In this document: in pieces, positions 45,310 to 54,751 of the stretch | Layout of the letters: each line of letters starts with the position of its first letter | Position numbering within the stretch: the stretch's first letter is position 1 | Source: a virus | Length of the DNA: 64,000 nt | Reading direction: 5' to 3' (one strand) | IMG/VR virus record: IMGVR_UViG_3300045988_164457 | Location: 69,216-133,215 of that record | Translations under genes and position numbers: made by a program | The notes under the pieces: generated by a model | Told to the model about the DNA's origin: nothing | Databases searched by the model: none | Seen by the model: only the letters and a program-made list of their open reading frames with translations

Positions 45310-45513
45310 CTAATGAATTGTTACGCCCTCAAAATACTTTTTCAGCCTCAGAGCTTCATAATTAGCCCGACACTGTTTTTGGCGTTCAAATTCTTCCGAC
45401 AGACTGAATGTGTTATCATACTTGATAACTTCCGCTGCCTGCTGTGCTTCTCCCCTATTGCCATTATATAAGCTTGTAAGAATTTCCGTAAAGCTTGTGA
45501 ATGTTGTGTTCAT
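45310..45513 (-). CDS. hypothetical small protein
   Basis: 67-aa ORF with an AGAGGA RBS. Confidence 0.5.
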   Translation of the reverse strand: MNTTFTSFTEILTSLYNGNRGEAQQAAEVIKYDNTFSLSEEFERQKQCRANYEALRLKKYFEGVTIH

Positions 45514-45528
45514 TATGGTTGTTCCTCT

Positions 45529-45714
45529 TCAATTATTTTCCATAGCCTGGCTTAACAGACTAAATGCGTTATATGGATTTTCCAATGGATCGGCATCAAG
45601 TCTATTATGTATATTGACCTCAAAGAAGCTTCCGAGGATATACAATAATATTATAGTGCTCAAAAGGTTTATAATATTTATTTTCCGTTTTGTTATTCTT
45701 GCTTTTGCTTTCAT
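45529..45714 (-). CDS. small membrane protein
   Basis: Basic N-terminus followed by a TM segment LLSTIILLYILGSFF. GGAGG RBS. Confidence 0.5.
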   Translation of the reverse strand: MKAKARITKRKINIINLLSTIILLYILGSFFEVNIHNRLDADPLENPYNAFSLLSQAMENN

Positions 45715-45732
45715 TTTATTTTTTCCTCCGTG

Positions 45733-45807
45733 TTATTTTTTGATCTGAAGCCATATATCTTCACATACGCCAGCGAAAAGATAGAGCATTAAAACTATTA
45801 TGAACAT
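45733..45807 (-). CDS. candidate 24-aa hydrophobic peptide (MFIIVLMLYLFAGVCEDIWLQIKK)
   Basis: ATG 8 nt after GGAGG. Below the ORF-track cutoff. Confidence 0.3.
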   Translation of the reverse strand: MFIIVLMLYLFAGVCEDIWLQIKK

Positions 45808-45847
45808 TGAATTTTCCTCCTTTTATCAAAATCATCAAAGTATTGTT

Positions 45848-46138
45848 TTATTCTTCTTCAAAAATTATGTACTGCTCAATATCTGATTTTTTGATTATTT
45901 CCGTGGGAGTCTCTAACATACCCATACTAACATCATAATTATAATATTTACCATCATTGAACGCACCGACCGCCCTAAGTACATGTATTGCAGAAAGTAC
46001 TTTCTTGTGATCTATACAGCGTTTTGCAAATTCCAAAAGATTGTTATAACTATGAATATGGTCGCATTCATTAACAGCCTTTTCCATTAACTCATCAAAT
46101 GACATTTCGTCATATTCTTTTCTTGTTATACTTAACAT
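45848..46138 (-). CDS. hypothetical protein
   Basis: Start at the ATG 8 nt after GGAGG. The ORF track starts at 46162. Confidence 0.55.
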   Translation of the reverse strand: MLSITRKEYDEMSFDELMEKAVNECDHIHSYNNLLEFAKRCIDHKKVLSAIHVLRAVGAFNDGKYYNYDVSMGMLETPTEIIKKSDIEQYIIFEEE

Positions 46139-46268
46139 TTTTAATACCTCCATCAAATACACGTTTTATTTGTTTAGCTGTCTCCCACCATTGCAAGAGA
46201 CTAACAGTTATACAGCCGTTTAACCGTGCTATTTTTAACATTTGCTTATAGTTTATGGTTTGATTGTG

Positions 46269-46652
46269 TTATTCTTCCTCTGCAAATTCGAGATCGTCTT
46301 CTATTTCGTCAAGAGCTTCCGAAATAGCCCAACCTAAAAGATAACATCTGATTGTTACGTCAAAATATTCCCAGTCTTCATTAAGAAACTTTTCGCCTAC
46401 TGTTTCATTATTGACACCAAATTCTTTACAAGCTTCAGCGAGCAAGTCTATATTATCATCAACATATCCGAAAGCTTCAGCACAATTAAACGTGTAACTT
46501 CCGCTTGCGTTGCCTGTTACGCTGTCTTCGTTCCAAAGGATATCATTCAGATCGTTTTCGAGTTCCTCACGGTCGGAATAGTTTGAAGTGTTGACCTCGT
46601 TTTTGATATAATCCTTTATATCGGATTTCATTGCTTCAAGATAATTATACAT
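46269..46652 (-). CDS. acidic hypothetical protein
   Basis: 127-aa ORF, D/E-rich, with C-terminus EDDLEFAEEE. Confidence 0.6.
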   Translation of the reverse strand: MYNYLEAMKSDIKDYIKNEVNTSNYSDREELENDLNDILWNEDSVTGNASGSYTFNCAEAFGYVDDNIDLLAEACKEFGVNNETVGEKFLNEDWEYFDVTIRCYLLGWAISEALDEIEDDLEFAEEE

Positions 46653-46676
46653 GATATTTAACCTCCAAATTATTAT

Positions 46677-46856
46677 TTACTTGTATTCTCTATGCTTTTC
46701 AAGTTTTACGCTTGCGTTAGTGTTTTCTTTGTATTCTTTGTAACGCTCTTTAGCTTCTTTGTATGTATATTCAGAACATTCACACTCCCAACCGTAACCG
46801 TAATTTGTCATTATATCCCATCTGTCAATGGTTTTTCTTTTATTAGTGTTTTTCAT
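46677..46856 (-). CDS. hypothetical small protein
   Basis: Start at the ATG 8 nt after GGAGG. The ORF track starts at 46886. Confidence 0.5.
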   Translation of the reverse strand: MKNTNKRKTIDRWDIMTNYGYGWECECSEYTYKEAKERYKEYKENTNASVKLEKHREYK

Positions 46857-47104
46857 TTGTTTAACCTCCATAAAATTGCATAGCATATTATCAATTACTT
46901 TATATTGATTGCATTGTGCAGGTTTTTACCTCTATTCTCCGCTTGTTACGGCGGAAGAATTCGGAAAGTCTGAAGCGGATCACCTGGATGAATGTTGCTT
47001 TTATAGTGTTCATGATTATTAGCTCCTTTATTATTATATTTTTTTAGTACCCGATTTGTCAAGCCGTTTTATTGGCTTGACTTTTTCGGGATTTTGTGTT
47101 ATGA

Positions 47105-47245
47105 TTAGTTATTATCTAATTTGGTTGATGTGTTGTTTTTAGGGTCGTTTAACTCAACGTACTTGATAATTTCAATTATCTTTGTATCGTCAAGTCCTTC
47201 AGATCTGAGCTTGTCAATCAAATTAACAACTTCTCTTCCAGTCAT
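47105..47245 (-). CDS. hypothetical 46-aa protein, first gene of the leftward block
   Basis: ATG 8 nt after AAGGTGG, downstream of the 47293-47322 promoter. Confidence 0.4.
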   Translation of the reverse strand: MTGREVVNLIDKLRSEGLDDTKIIEIIKYVELNDPKNNTSTKLDNN

Positions 47246-47292
47246 TTCATACACCACCTTTTCACCACCTTTATAATATAATTGGTACTTAT

Positions 47293-47322
47293 ATTATATC
47301 GGATTTTTATTTTACAGTCAAG
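47293..47322 (-). promoter_or_regulatory. leftward promoter
   Basis: Reverse complement reads TTGACT-18-TATAAT. Confidence 0.55.
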
Positions 47323-47449
47323 GGATTTTCTTTTCGTTTTTGTTCTTTCCTTTACTGTAATTATATTATAACATAGTCTAGACTATTTGTCAATGAATAT
47401 ATTGTATTTATAATATCAAACATTTATGAATTATAGGAGCTTTGAATTT

Positions 47450-47653
47450 ATGGATAAAAATAATATTGAACGTGAAAAAATATTTAACAAAAAAGAATAT
47501 GACAAAAACTATAAAAAAGAACATTATAAGCAATTTAATACAAATATATCAATAGAATTAAATGAACAAATAACAAATTATTGCAAGGATAACGGCATAA
47601 CAAAAGCCGACTTTTTAAGGCTTGCAATAGACAAGATAATAAATAACCTATAA
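47450..47653 (+). CDS. ribbon-helix-helix (CopG/Arc-like) protein
   Basis: QFNTNISIELNEQI...GITKADFLRLAIDK. ATG 9 nt after AGGAG; the ORF track starts at 47426. Confidence 0.55.
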   Translation: MDKNNIEREKIFNKKEYDKNYKKEHYKQFNTNISIELNEQITNYCKDNGITKADFLRLAIDKIINNL

Positions 47654-49434
47654 TGCACTATAATCATAGCAATATAGTATATTTTAATGCAATAAGTGTA
47701 TTATGTATTATAGAAGCACCGGAGCTAATAGTCAAATATAATTAGAACGTGTAAATTATATTTGTCAATAGGCATAATATATAAATATAATAATAGTACA
47801 TTGTATATATTGCATAACCAAACCGAAAGTGAATAAAACCGCCGTGACTGCTGCTATAATGCGTTATACGGCATTTTGTTTATAGTGGTATAATTACCCT
47901 AACAGGTGTATTAAAATAGCGTGTGCGTGATTTATTGTTATTTGATATAATTTTATTGTAATTTGATATTTTATTATTGATATTCAATAATCGACGTTTA
48001 TAGAGTGTTAATAATTATGATGTGTTTTAGATATATTTATGTTGTAATATTGCATAGTTTTAAGGTGTGAAATTTGGCTATTTTGCAAAATGTGAGAGTG
48101 CCTGAGCTGAAGCGGTTAAGTGACAGAGTGGTTATATACCAATGTTGTATATTTTAATGTAGTAAAGTTTAGTTGGTTAAAGTATAGTAATACAGTAGGA
48201 ATATAAGGATACCCGAAGAGCATATTTGAAGATAATTATTTGTGTACCGTTTAGGTATAGTTATATATGGTTATGTGGTGTAATTTATAGTAATGTGGTA
48301 TAGTTTAATGCTGTTATGGATTAGCGATTAGGAAAATAGGCTTATGTATTATGATATATTATGATGTATTTTTTAAAATATCTCTTGTATGCTTTGATTT
48401 TCTTTTGTTTTCTCTTGTTTTCTTTATTATGCTTTGATTTGGTTTTAATTTATTTAACAGTGTTAAATAAATTAACAATGTTAACGAACCGCTAATAATG
48501 ACTATTGGTCATTATTTTTAATGCTGCCAACAACAATATTTATATAACAAATTCAAGAAATGTTAATAAAATTAGCTCTAAAATTCATTAAGAAATGTTA
48601 GTAGAAATATTTCTAAAATATGTCTGTCTATGTTGCTTTTGGGGGAAAAATAACATAGAATCGGCAGTACAACCGGGAGGGTACGTTTACATTTAAAAGT
48701 TTGTTAACATTTGCTTATAGTCCTATAGTAGTTCCACTCAACTCACACGTCTAAAAATCCAAATTGACACTCACCCATAATTTCTCTCATAATCCAAAAA
48801 ACAAAAAAATACTCCAAAAATATTCCAAAAATCATTCGATGCTACCTTTCGATAAACTTCCCTATTTATCCCACTTCCAGACCAACAAAAATAGTTCTAA
48901 AACACATCTATCTCAAGAACTCAAAATCCATATCCACACTGCACTTTCAGACAAACTACAGAACACTCTACACCCACTTTACCATCTCAAACAATAAATT
49001 ACCCTATCCACGCAAACAGCTCTCAAATCTAATCACAGAGCCTAATGTAAGTATCTCAAAAATAACATTTCAATACTATATATCTATTCAGAATCAACTT
49101 AAAGATATAATTCATTCACTTCAAATCACACGTCAAACATTTCAAAAACCAACATAAAATCTAAATCGCTCAAATACTAATAAAATCTATACTTTCTCCG
49201 AATACTACAAAAAACAATCAAAAGTATCAGAAATTAAACCTGTATTTAATGTATCAGAAGTATCTCAAATCAAGTAAACATCATAAATTCATAGAAATAA
49301 ATCGAAGATCATAAAAATTACAGATTGTTTTTTGTGTTCTTATGAAAAATTTATAAACTTTTATAAGCTACAGGTCATTGTATGCACCATATTTAAGATA
49401 TTTAAGTAAAAGATAAAATTCAATCAAAAAGCAC

Positions 49435-49462
49435 TTGACATTTTTATGAAACATGATATAAT
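49435..49462 (+). promoter_or_regulatory. rightward promoter
   Basis: TTGACA-16-TATAAT with TGa extension. Confidence 0.65.
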
Positions 49463-49512
49463 AGTATTGTAGATATATTATAAGTAAGTAATAATATAAT
49501 AATGTTCAAAAT

Positions 49513-49626
49513 CTACTTTTCTTTTTTGCTGACAAACTCGTCCATTTCACGTTTTATGGTCTTTGCTACGCAAAGCCTCATAAAACTATGTGAAATAGCC
49601 GACTATCGCCCAAAAAAGAAAAGTAG
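49513..49626 (+). promoter_or_regulatory. 114-nt rod-like imperfect hairpin in the leader of the rightward block
   Basis: Outer 16-bp perfect arms ctacttttcttttttg/caaaaaagaaaagtag. Inner paired segments catttcac-gttttatg/cataaaac-gtgaaatag and ctttgc/gcaaag. Confidence 0.5.
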
Positions 49627-49847
49627 CAAAAGAAAAAAGGGCGAATTATAACTTTTACTAATAATAAAGGAGATGATAAAAACGAATAATAAAAATTATC
49701 CAAATTTAAAATAATAGTATATTATAGTATATATATAAAACATATAATTGGACAATTTTTATACTTATAAGTTTCACAAAGTAATAAGTTAAGTATGGAC
49801 TAACGGGTTTGTACAAATTTAACAGACAAAAGTGAGGTAGATATAAA

Positions 49848-51050
49848 ATGATATATACAGATTATAATAAGAATACTTTGGATATTACTAAATTCAAAGA
49901 ATATATAAAAAACAATGTGGAAGAAAAAGAAGATAATACTATAAAGAATTATAAAATTATGTGTCAACTCATTGGAGAAGAAGAGTGTACAGGAAATTCA
50001 AAAAAAGCACAGGTTAATCGTTGGAAAAGATATTTTGAGTTTCATAAGGAAGGACAGAAATTTGTTATTGATGAGATATACGATGAACCATTTCCCACCG
50101 ATGATGCTCGTAAACGCAGAGAAGGTCTTTATGTAAAGTACATAGAATTGCTGCTTTTAGAGTTTCTTTCAAAACAGGTTGATTACAAAGTAACATTGGG
50201 TAACAAGGAAATGTATCGTATTCTCGGTATGACAAATGACCGTTATGATATTAGAAACAGAATGGGTTCTGCTAAGGCAAATGAGATATTAAGACAGACT
50301 ATTATGAATAATGAGGATAAATTTGCTTTTACAAATACCCCCAAGGTTTCTAATTTTGATATAAACAACTTTTATTTCAGAGCAGAACAGAAGCTTAACA
50401 GGATACTTTATTCAGCTCTTAGGAGTATGAAAGATAGATTTCTCATTGATTATAAGAAAGTCAATATTATAGCTGAGTATGATGATGAAGATTCTCAGCA
50501 CCTTGATTATAGAGAGTCAAATGCTTATGAGGATAAGATAATACTTGAAGTTAAAAATAAAATTATCAAGGAAATGGGATATGATAATCTGACCGAGATA
50601 ATGCTTCGTTATAAATGTGATATTTTTTATGAAAAATTCAATGAGTATATTAAAGAAGAATATGGATGGGACAAATGTTATCCTCAACTTAGAGTTGTTT
50701 ACATTGATGATATTGCTAAACAGATACCACTTAAAGCAGAAGAGATAAAAAAGCTTTCTATTGAAGACAAAAGAACTCAACTCAATGAAGAGATAATTAA
50801 ATGTCTTAATACACAAGCAGAAAAGAAATATAAAGAAGCTGAAACAAGGTTCTTTGAATATGAATGTGATAAAACTGAAGCAGAAGAAAGTGGTGAATGG
50901 GGTAAATATAATCCTTTTGAAAAAGAACCATTTATGTATAAGTCTGATTACGTGGAGATTCAAATGGCATTAACTGATTATCTTTTGAATATTCGTTTTG
51001 AGGAATTAGAGGTAAACCCTAAGAAGAACGATGATAAAAGTGCTGAATAA
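49848..51050 (+). CDS. hypothetical 400-aa protein
   Basis: GAGGTAG RBS. First gene of the rightward block. No motif recognised. Confidence 0.65.
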   Translation: MIYTDYNKNTLDITKFKEYIKNNVEEKEDNTIKNYKIMCQLIGEEECTGNSKKAQVNRWKRYFEFHKEGQKFVIDEIYDEPFPTDDARKRREGLYVKYIELLLLEFLSKQVDYKVTLGNKEMYRILGMTNDRYDIRNRMGSAKANEILRQTIMNNEDKFAFTNTPKVSNFDINNFYFRAEQKLNRILYSALRSMKDRFLIDYKKVNIIAEYDDEDSQHLDYRESNAYEDKIILEVKNKIIKEMGYDNLTEIMLRYKCDIFYEKFNEYIKEEYGWDKCYPQLRVVYIDDIAKQIPLKAEEIKKLSIEDKRTQLNEEIIKCLNTQAEKKYKEAETRFFEYECDKTEAEESGEWGKYNPFEKEPFMYKSDYVEIQMALTDYLLNIRFEELEVNPKKNDDKSAE

Positions 51051-51237
51051 CCTATTCATCAAATATACTACAGGCAGTTGTTATATAGACGGTGAACCGA
51101 GGAATGTTCCTAATATATATGTACTTCCCGATGACCAAACTGAGAATAACATTAAGGCTTTGCTGGAAGAACTAAAGCAAAGATATGGAGTTGATGAATT
51201 TGCTCCTGTACTTATTTCTTCTGAAAATAATAAGTAA
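51031..51237 (+). CDS. hypothetical small protein
   Basis: 68-aa ORF overlapping the upstream stop by 20 nt. Confidence 0.45.
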   Translation: MIKVLNNLFIKYTTGSCYIDGEPRNVPNIYVLPDDQTENNIKALLEELKQRYGVDEFAPVLISSENNK

Positions 51238-51263
51238 ATAATAATATTTGTTGCAAAAAATAC

Positions 51264-51292
51264 TTGACAAATTAAAATTTCCAGTATATACT
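51264..51292 (+). promoter_or_regulatory. sigmaA-type promoter
   Basis: TTGACA-17-TATACT. Confidence 0.6.
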
Positions 51293-51352
51293 ATACTTAG
51301 GAGCAGTAAAAGGCTCAGAATTTATAATACTTATATTAAAGGAGATGTTAAA

Positions 51353-51664
51353 ATGGCAAGTAAAATTAAAATCACAGATAATTTCTATTTTACAGCTGAT
51401 TCAGACCAGTATATTCTTATGGAATGTGGTGAGCGTGAAAAGATTGATCGTAAGACAAGAAAACCTACTGGTGAAATTGGGCAGTATGAAGATATTATCG
51501 GATACTATTCATCTATAGAAGCTCTTATTAGAGGTTGTCGTAAGATTATGGTTAGAGAAAAGGTATCAGAAGGCAGTCTTACTACTATTGACGATATTAT
51601 TGACTATATGAATAACATCAATGATAGACTCGATAATATTCTGTCCAAAGTAGAAGATTATTAA
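51353..51664 (+). CDS. hypothetical protein
   Basis: Start at the ATG after AAGGAG. The ORF track starts at 51248, inside the promoter. Confidence 0.55.
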   Translation: MASKIKITDNFYFTADSDQYILMECGEREKIDRKTRKPTGEIGQYEDIIGYYSSIEALIRGCRKIMVREKVSEGSLTTIDDIIDYMNNINDRLDNILSKVEDY

Positions 51665-51953
51665 CACGATACTCAAATACTCAACTCTGCACACGATACA
51701 GACACTTTACACCTTTATAGGTGAAATTATACTATCAAAGTTAAAGTGGCTGAAATCAGTTCAGATTAGCTCAGAACAGTATGCTTATATTTTACTGACA
51801 GCTTAAAATATGTTTGTTAAAATGGGACTTGACTCAGAGGATATAGGAGATGTGGTTCTGAGCGAGATGCAAGTGGCAATACTATTATAAATCATAAGGA
51901 CGTAAGGAGATGATAACATAAAAGCTAACAATGTTGTAAGAAATGATAATATT

Positions 51954-52166
51954 GTGTTTACTGGGAATGATGCTTTGGAATATATAAAAATATGTGATGG
52001 AAGCTACGATAATACCAAGTATAAAGAGTTTAAAGCTTGGGGGAAGAAACATATTCACAGCAAACACAATTATGAAACTGGTGAAGAGATAATAACATCA
52101 GATGTTATTGATTGGAATGGGATATATAAGACAATAGAACAAGAAAAGGAGAATAATAAAAAATGA
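51954..52166 (+). CDS. hypothetical small protein (weak)
   Basis: 70-aa ORF with a GTG start and no clear RBS. Confidence 0.3.
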   Translation: MFTGNDALEYIKICDGSYDNTKYKEFKAWGKKHIHSKHNYETGEEIITSDVIDWNGIYKTIEQEKENNKK

Positions 52167-53065
52167 AGTCTAAAAATAAGATTACAATGGATTATAACAT
52201 AAAAGATAGTGATATTGAAAAAATTATAAAAGAATATGAGGATAATCACACAAATCATTTGTTAAATAACCTTAATCGTGTTGGATATATATATTTGGCG
52301 TTAGACCCAGATAACAATTTTGTAAAAATCGGAAAGACTTCAAAAAAAGTGTCTCAGCGTATTGGAAATTTAAATACAGGAAGAACAAATCCAATTATTA
52401 CCTATAAATCATTTGATTGTTGTAATATTCACGAAGCTGAAGCAATAGCCCATAAGATTTTTGCTCAACATAATGTTATAAGGGAATGGTTTGATATTAA
52501 TTTTGATAATGCAACAAAAATAGTTAGTAGTATTGTTCAGAAAGTTAATGAACACCCTATTCCTATTAAAGATGATTCAAATTCGTCTTTACTGGCAAAA
52601 GACTATTTACAATATTTATCTGATTGTTATGACAATACAGTAATGATTCCAAAAGAACAATTTGAGTGTTTAATGAATACCTGTCAAGAATCAATAAAAT
52701 TATGCGACCAAGTTATAGATTTAGTTAATGATGTTAATGAAGCTGTTAAACGTTATCAACATTCATCGCAACCAAATTTTGATCTTTGGATAACCGCCGT
52801 TGCAGATAAGCATATTGCCACGATTGCAACGGCGTTTGGTATATCGCATGACGAGGCTTATGAAATAGTTTTTAAATCAATGAGAGAAAAATATTCATAT
52901 TTTTGGTATGACTCGGCTACTTGGCTTTTCAAAGACGAATATCATCTTGATGAATATGAAAATGTTAGGTTTATTGATGTTATTGCTGATAAACCCATAT
53001 ATCAGCATTGTTTCATTGAAACGGTTAATGCTCTCCTCATAGAAAGTGAGGTGACTACAAAATGA
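52163..53065 (+). CDS. T5orf172/GIY-YIG-like (MUG113-type) domain protein
   Basis: GYIYLALDPDNNFVKIGKTSKKVSQRIGNLNTGRTNP...REWFDI. Confidence 0.65.
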   Translation: MKSKNKITMDYNIKDSDIEKIIKEYEDNHTNHLLNNLNRVGYIYLALDPDNNFVKIGKTSKKVSQRIGNLNTGRTNPIITYKSFDCCNIHEAEAIAHKIFAQHNVIREWFDINFDNATKIVSSIVQKVNEHPIPIKDDSNSSLLAKDYLQYLSDCYDNTVMIPKEQFECLMNTCQESIKLCDQVIDLVNDVNEAVKRYQHSSQPNFDLWITAVADKHIATIATAFGISHDEAYEIVFKSMREKYSYFWYDSATWLFKDEYHLDEYENVRFIDVIADKPIYQHCFIETVNALLIESEVTTK

Positions 53066-53187
53066 ATATTAATCACAACATAATTTATCAGTGCAGTCAA
53101 AGTACTATGAGCCATAGACGTGATTTTGTCAAGGCTGTAAATCAGCTTATGAAAACTGGCAATGTGGAAGTAGGTGGTGTAGTATGA
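53062..53187 (+). CDS. 41-aa protein, translationally coupled on both sides
   Basis: ATGA overlaps at both the start (53062) and the stop (53184-53187). Confidence 0.4.
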   Translation: MNINHNIIYQCSQSTMSHRRDFVKAVNQLMKTGNVEVGGVV

Positions 53188-53609
53188 ACTTTGCCAAGGA
53201 ATTTGCTTCCGTAGGGTTACATTACGATTGTTCTACTTGCGGATTTAGAAACTGTTCAAGCCGAGGTCTTCCCTACTGTTGTACAAATTATTTCCCTAAG
53301 AATATGAGTAAAATTATGGATAGTATTTCGTTCAATCTTCGAATGAATACTGGTAAATCACACGATAAGAGACTTATAAGAAGACCTGTTGATAACAGAC
53401 ACAAGATGACTTGTGACGGTGATACTTTAGACAAGTATTATGTTGGTATGATAAATGATACGTTGTCTGAAATCAGGAAGGGCAAAATTGCTTATTTATT
53501 TCATCTGTCACAGATACAGGAAGTTATGAAATTTGAGAATATTGATTTTACATATGATGTTGTGGGTGGTAATTTTGCGGTTAGGTTAAGAAAGGAAGAT
53601 AATAAATGA
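53184..53609 (+). CDS. Cys-rich hypothetical protein
   Basis: CSTCGFRNCSSRGLPYCC near the N-terminus. Confidence 0.55.
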   Translation: MNFAKEFASVGLHYDCSTCGFRNCSSRGLPYCCTNYFPKNMSKIMDSISFNLRMNTGKSHDKRLIRRPVDNRHKMTCDGDTLDKYYVGMINDTLSEIRKGKIAYLFHLSQIQEVMKFENIDFTYDVVGGNFAVRLRKEDNK

Positions 53610-53932
53610 CTAAAGAACAATTTATAAAACTTATGACAGTTGTAAAGGAAAGATACTACTCGTTGGAAAGCATATACGACAAATTCAATGAGTTATTCGG
53701 AGATGTTGGCGATAAATTTATTAATAACACATCATTATTCCCTATTATAAAGACTATTTCTGAAATTATCGGTGATGATGAGAGTTGGATAGAATGGTAC
53801 ATATACGAGAAAGAATGGGGAACTAAGGAAGATATGGAAGTTACTGATGTAAATAACAATGTTGTACCTTCTGAAACGTTGGAGGATTTGTGGAAACTGA
53901 TACAGAGTAGTAAGGAAGGTGACAAAATTTGA
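53606..53932 (+). CDS. hypothetical protein
   Basis: 108-aa ORF with 4-nt overlaps to its neighbours. Confidence 0.55.
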   Translation: MTKEQFIKLMTVVKERYYSLESIYDKFNELFGDVGDKFINNTSLFPIIKTISEIIGDDESWIEWYIYEKEWGTKEDMEVTDVNNNVVPSETLEDLWKLIQSSKEGDKI

Positions 53933-54711
53933 ATGATATAGAACTTTGGCACGGTGATTGCCTTGAACTTATGAAAGATATACCTGATAAGTCGATAGAT
54001 ATGATATTGTGTGACTTGCCTTATGGTACTACTGCTTGTAAGTGGGATACTGTAATTCCTTTTGATAATATGTGGAAGCAACTAAGACGCATAGTAAAAT
54101 CCAATGCACCAATTATACTGTTTGGTACACAACCATTTACGTCAAAGATTATTACAAGTAATATAAGTTGGTTCAGAGAAGAACTAATTTGGCTAAAAAA
54201 CAAACCTGCGAGTGGTATGCAGTGTAATCAAAAGCATATGAAAATTCACGAAAATATATGTGTGTTCAGTGAAAATGCCAAATATACATATAATCCACAA
54301 AAGTGGCTTATTTCCGAAAAAGAGTTTATAACGCAAAGAAAGACCTTTAAAGAAAATGAATATATAGGTAATCAGATTTATGGTGCAACACACAGAACCC
54401 GCAAGCCTGACACTGGAGAAAGAAATCCAATTTCAATATTGAGTTGCCGTGTACCGTTTACACCACAAAACAATAAGTCTTATTCTGATAATATAGATTT
54501 GAGGTATCATCCAACTCAAAAACCTGTTAAACTACTTGAATACCTCATCAAGACCTTTTGTAATGAAGAAGATGTTGTACTTGATTTTACAATGGGTTCA
54601 GGTAGTACAGGTGTAGCTTGTAAAAATCTTAATCGTAAATTTATCGGTATTGAGCTTGATGATACATATTTTGAGATAGCTAAAGAAAGAATTGAGAATG
54701 CAAATGTATGA
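53929..54711 (+). CDS. DNA methyltransferase (beta-class N6A/N4C, N6_N4_Mtase type), orphan
   Basis: Motif IV CDLPYGT precedes HPTQKPVKLLEYLI and motif I FTMGSGSTGVAC. No adjacent endonuclease. Confidence 0.8.
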   Translation: MNDIELWHGDCLELMKDIPDKSIDMILCDLPYGTTACKWDTVIPFDNMWKQLRRIVKSNAPIILFGTQPFTSKIITSNISWFREELIWLKNKPASGMQCNQKHMKIHENICVFSENAKYTYNPQKWLISEKEFITQRKTFKENEYIGNQIYGATHRTRKPDTGERNPISILSCRVPFTPQNNKSYSDNIDLRYHPTQKPVKLLEYLIKTFCNEEDVVLDFTMGSGSTGVACKNLNRKFIGIELDDTYFEIAKERIENANV

Positions 54712-54751
54712 TAAAAACAGATTTTTATTAAATTTAAGGAGATGATAAGAT

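Larger units (their letters stand above)
47654..49847. other. 2.2-kb ORF-free pivot region with strand-composition inversion
   Basis: No RBS-supported ORF. The top strand is C-poor at about 47.88-48.36 kb and G-poor at about 48.72-49.32 kb. Flanking genes diverge from this region. Confidence 0.8.

Noticed and set aside
46899-47013. Small minus-strand ORF with a good AAAGGAG RBS
   Set aside because: Careful re-translation gives only 22 codons (MNTIKATFIQVDPLQTFRILPP). That is too short and featureless to call without comparative evidence.
48764-48997. 77-aa plus-strand ORF inside the G-depleted arm
   Set aside because: It has no RBS and a low-complexity product rich in P, H, K, Q, L and S, as expected from G-free DNA (G-poor DNA cannot form the TAG and TGA stops). 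Treated as non-coding.
47654-49847. Physical genome ends, cos/pac site or terminal repeat
   Set aside because: No direct terminal-repeat structure or terminase gene is visible in the window. The idea cannot be excluded, but nothing in the sequence specifically supports it.
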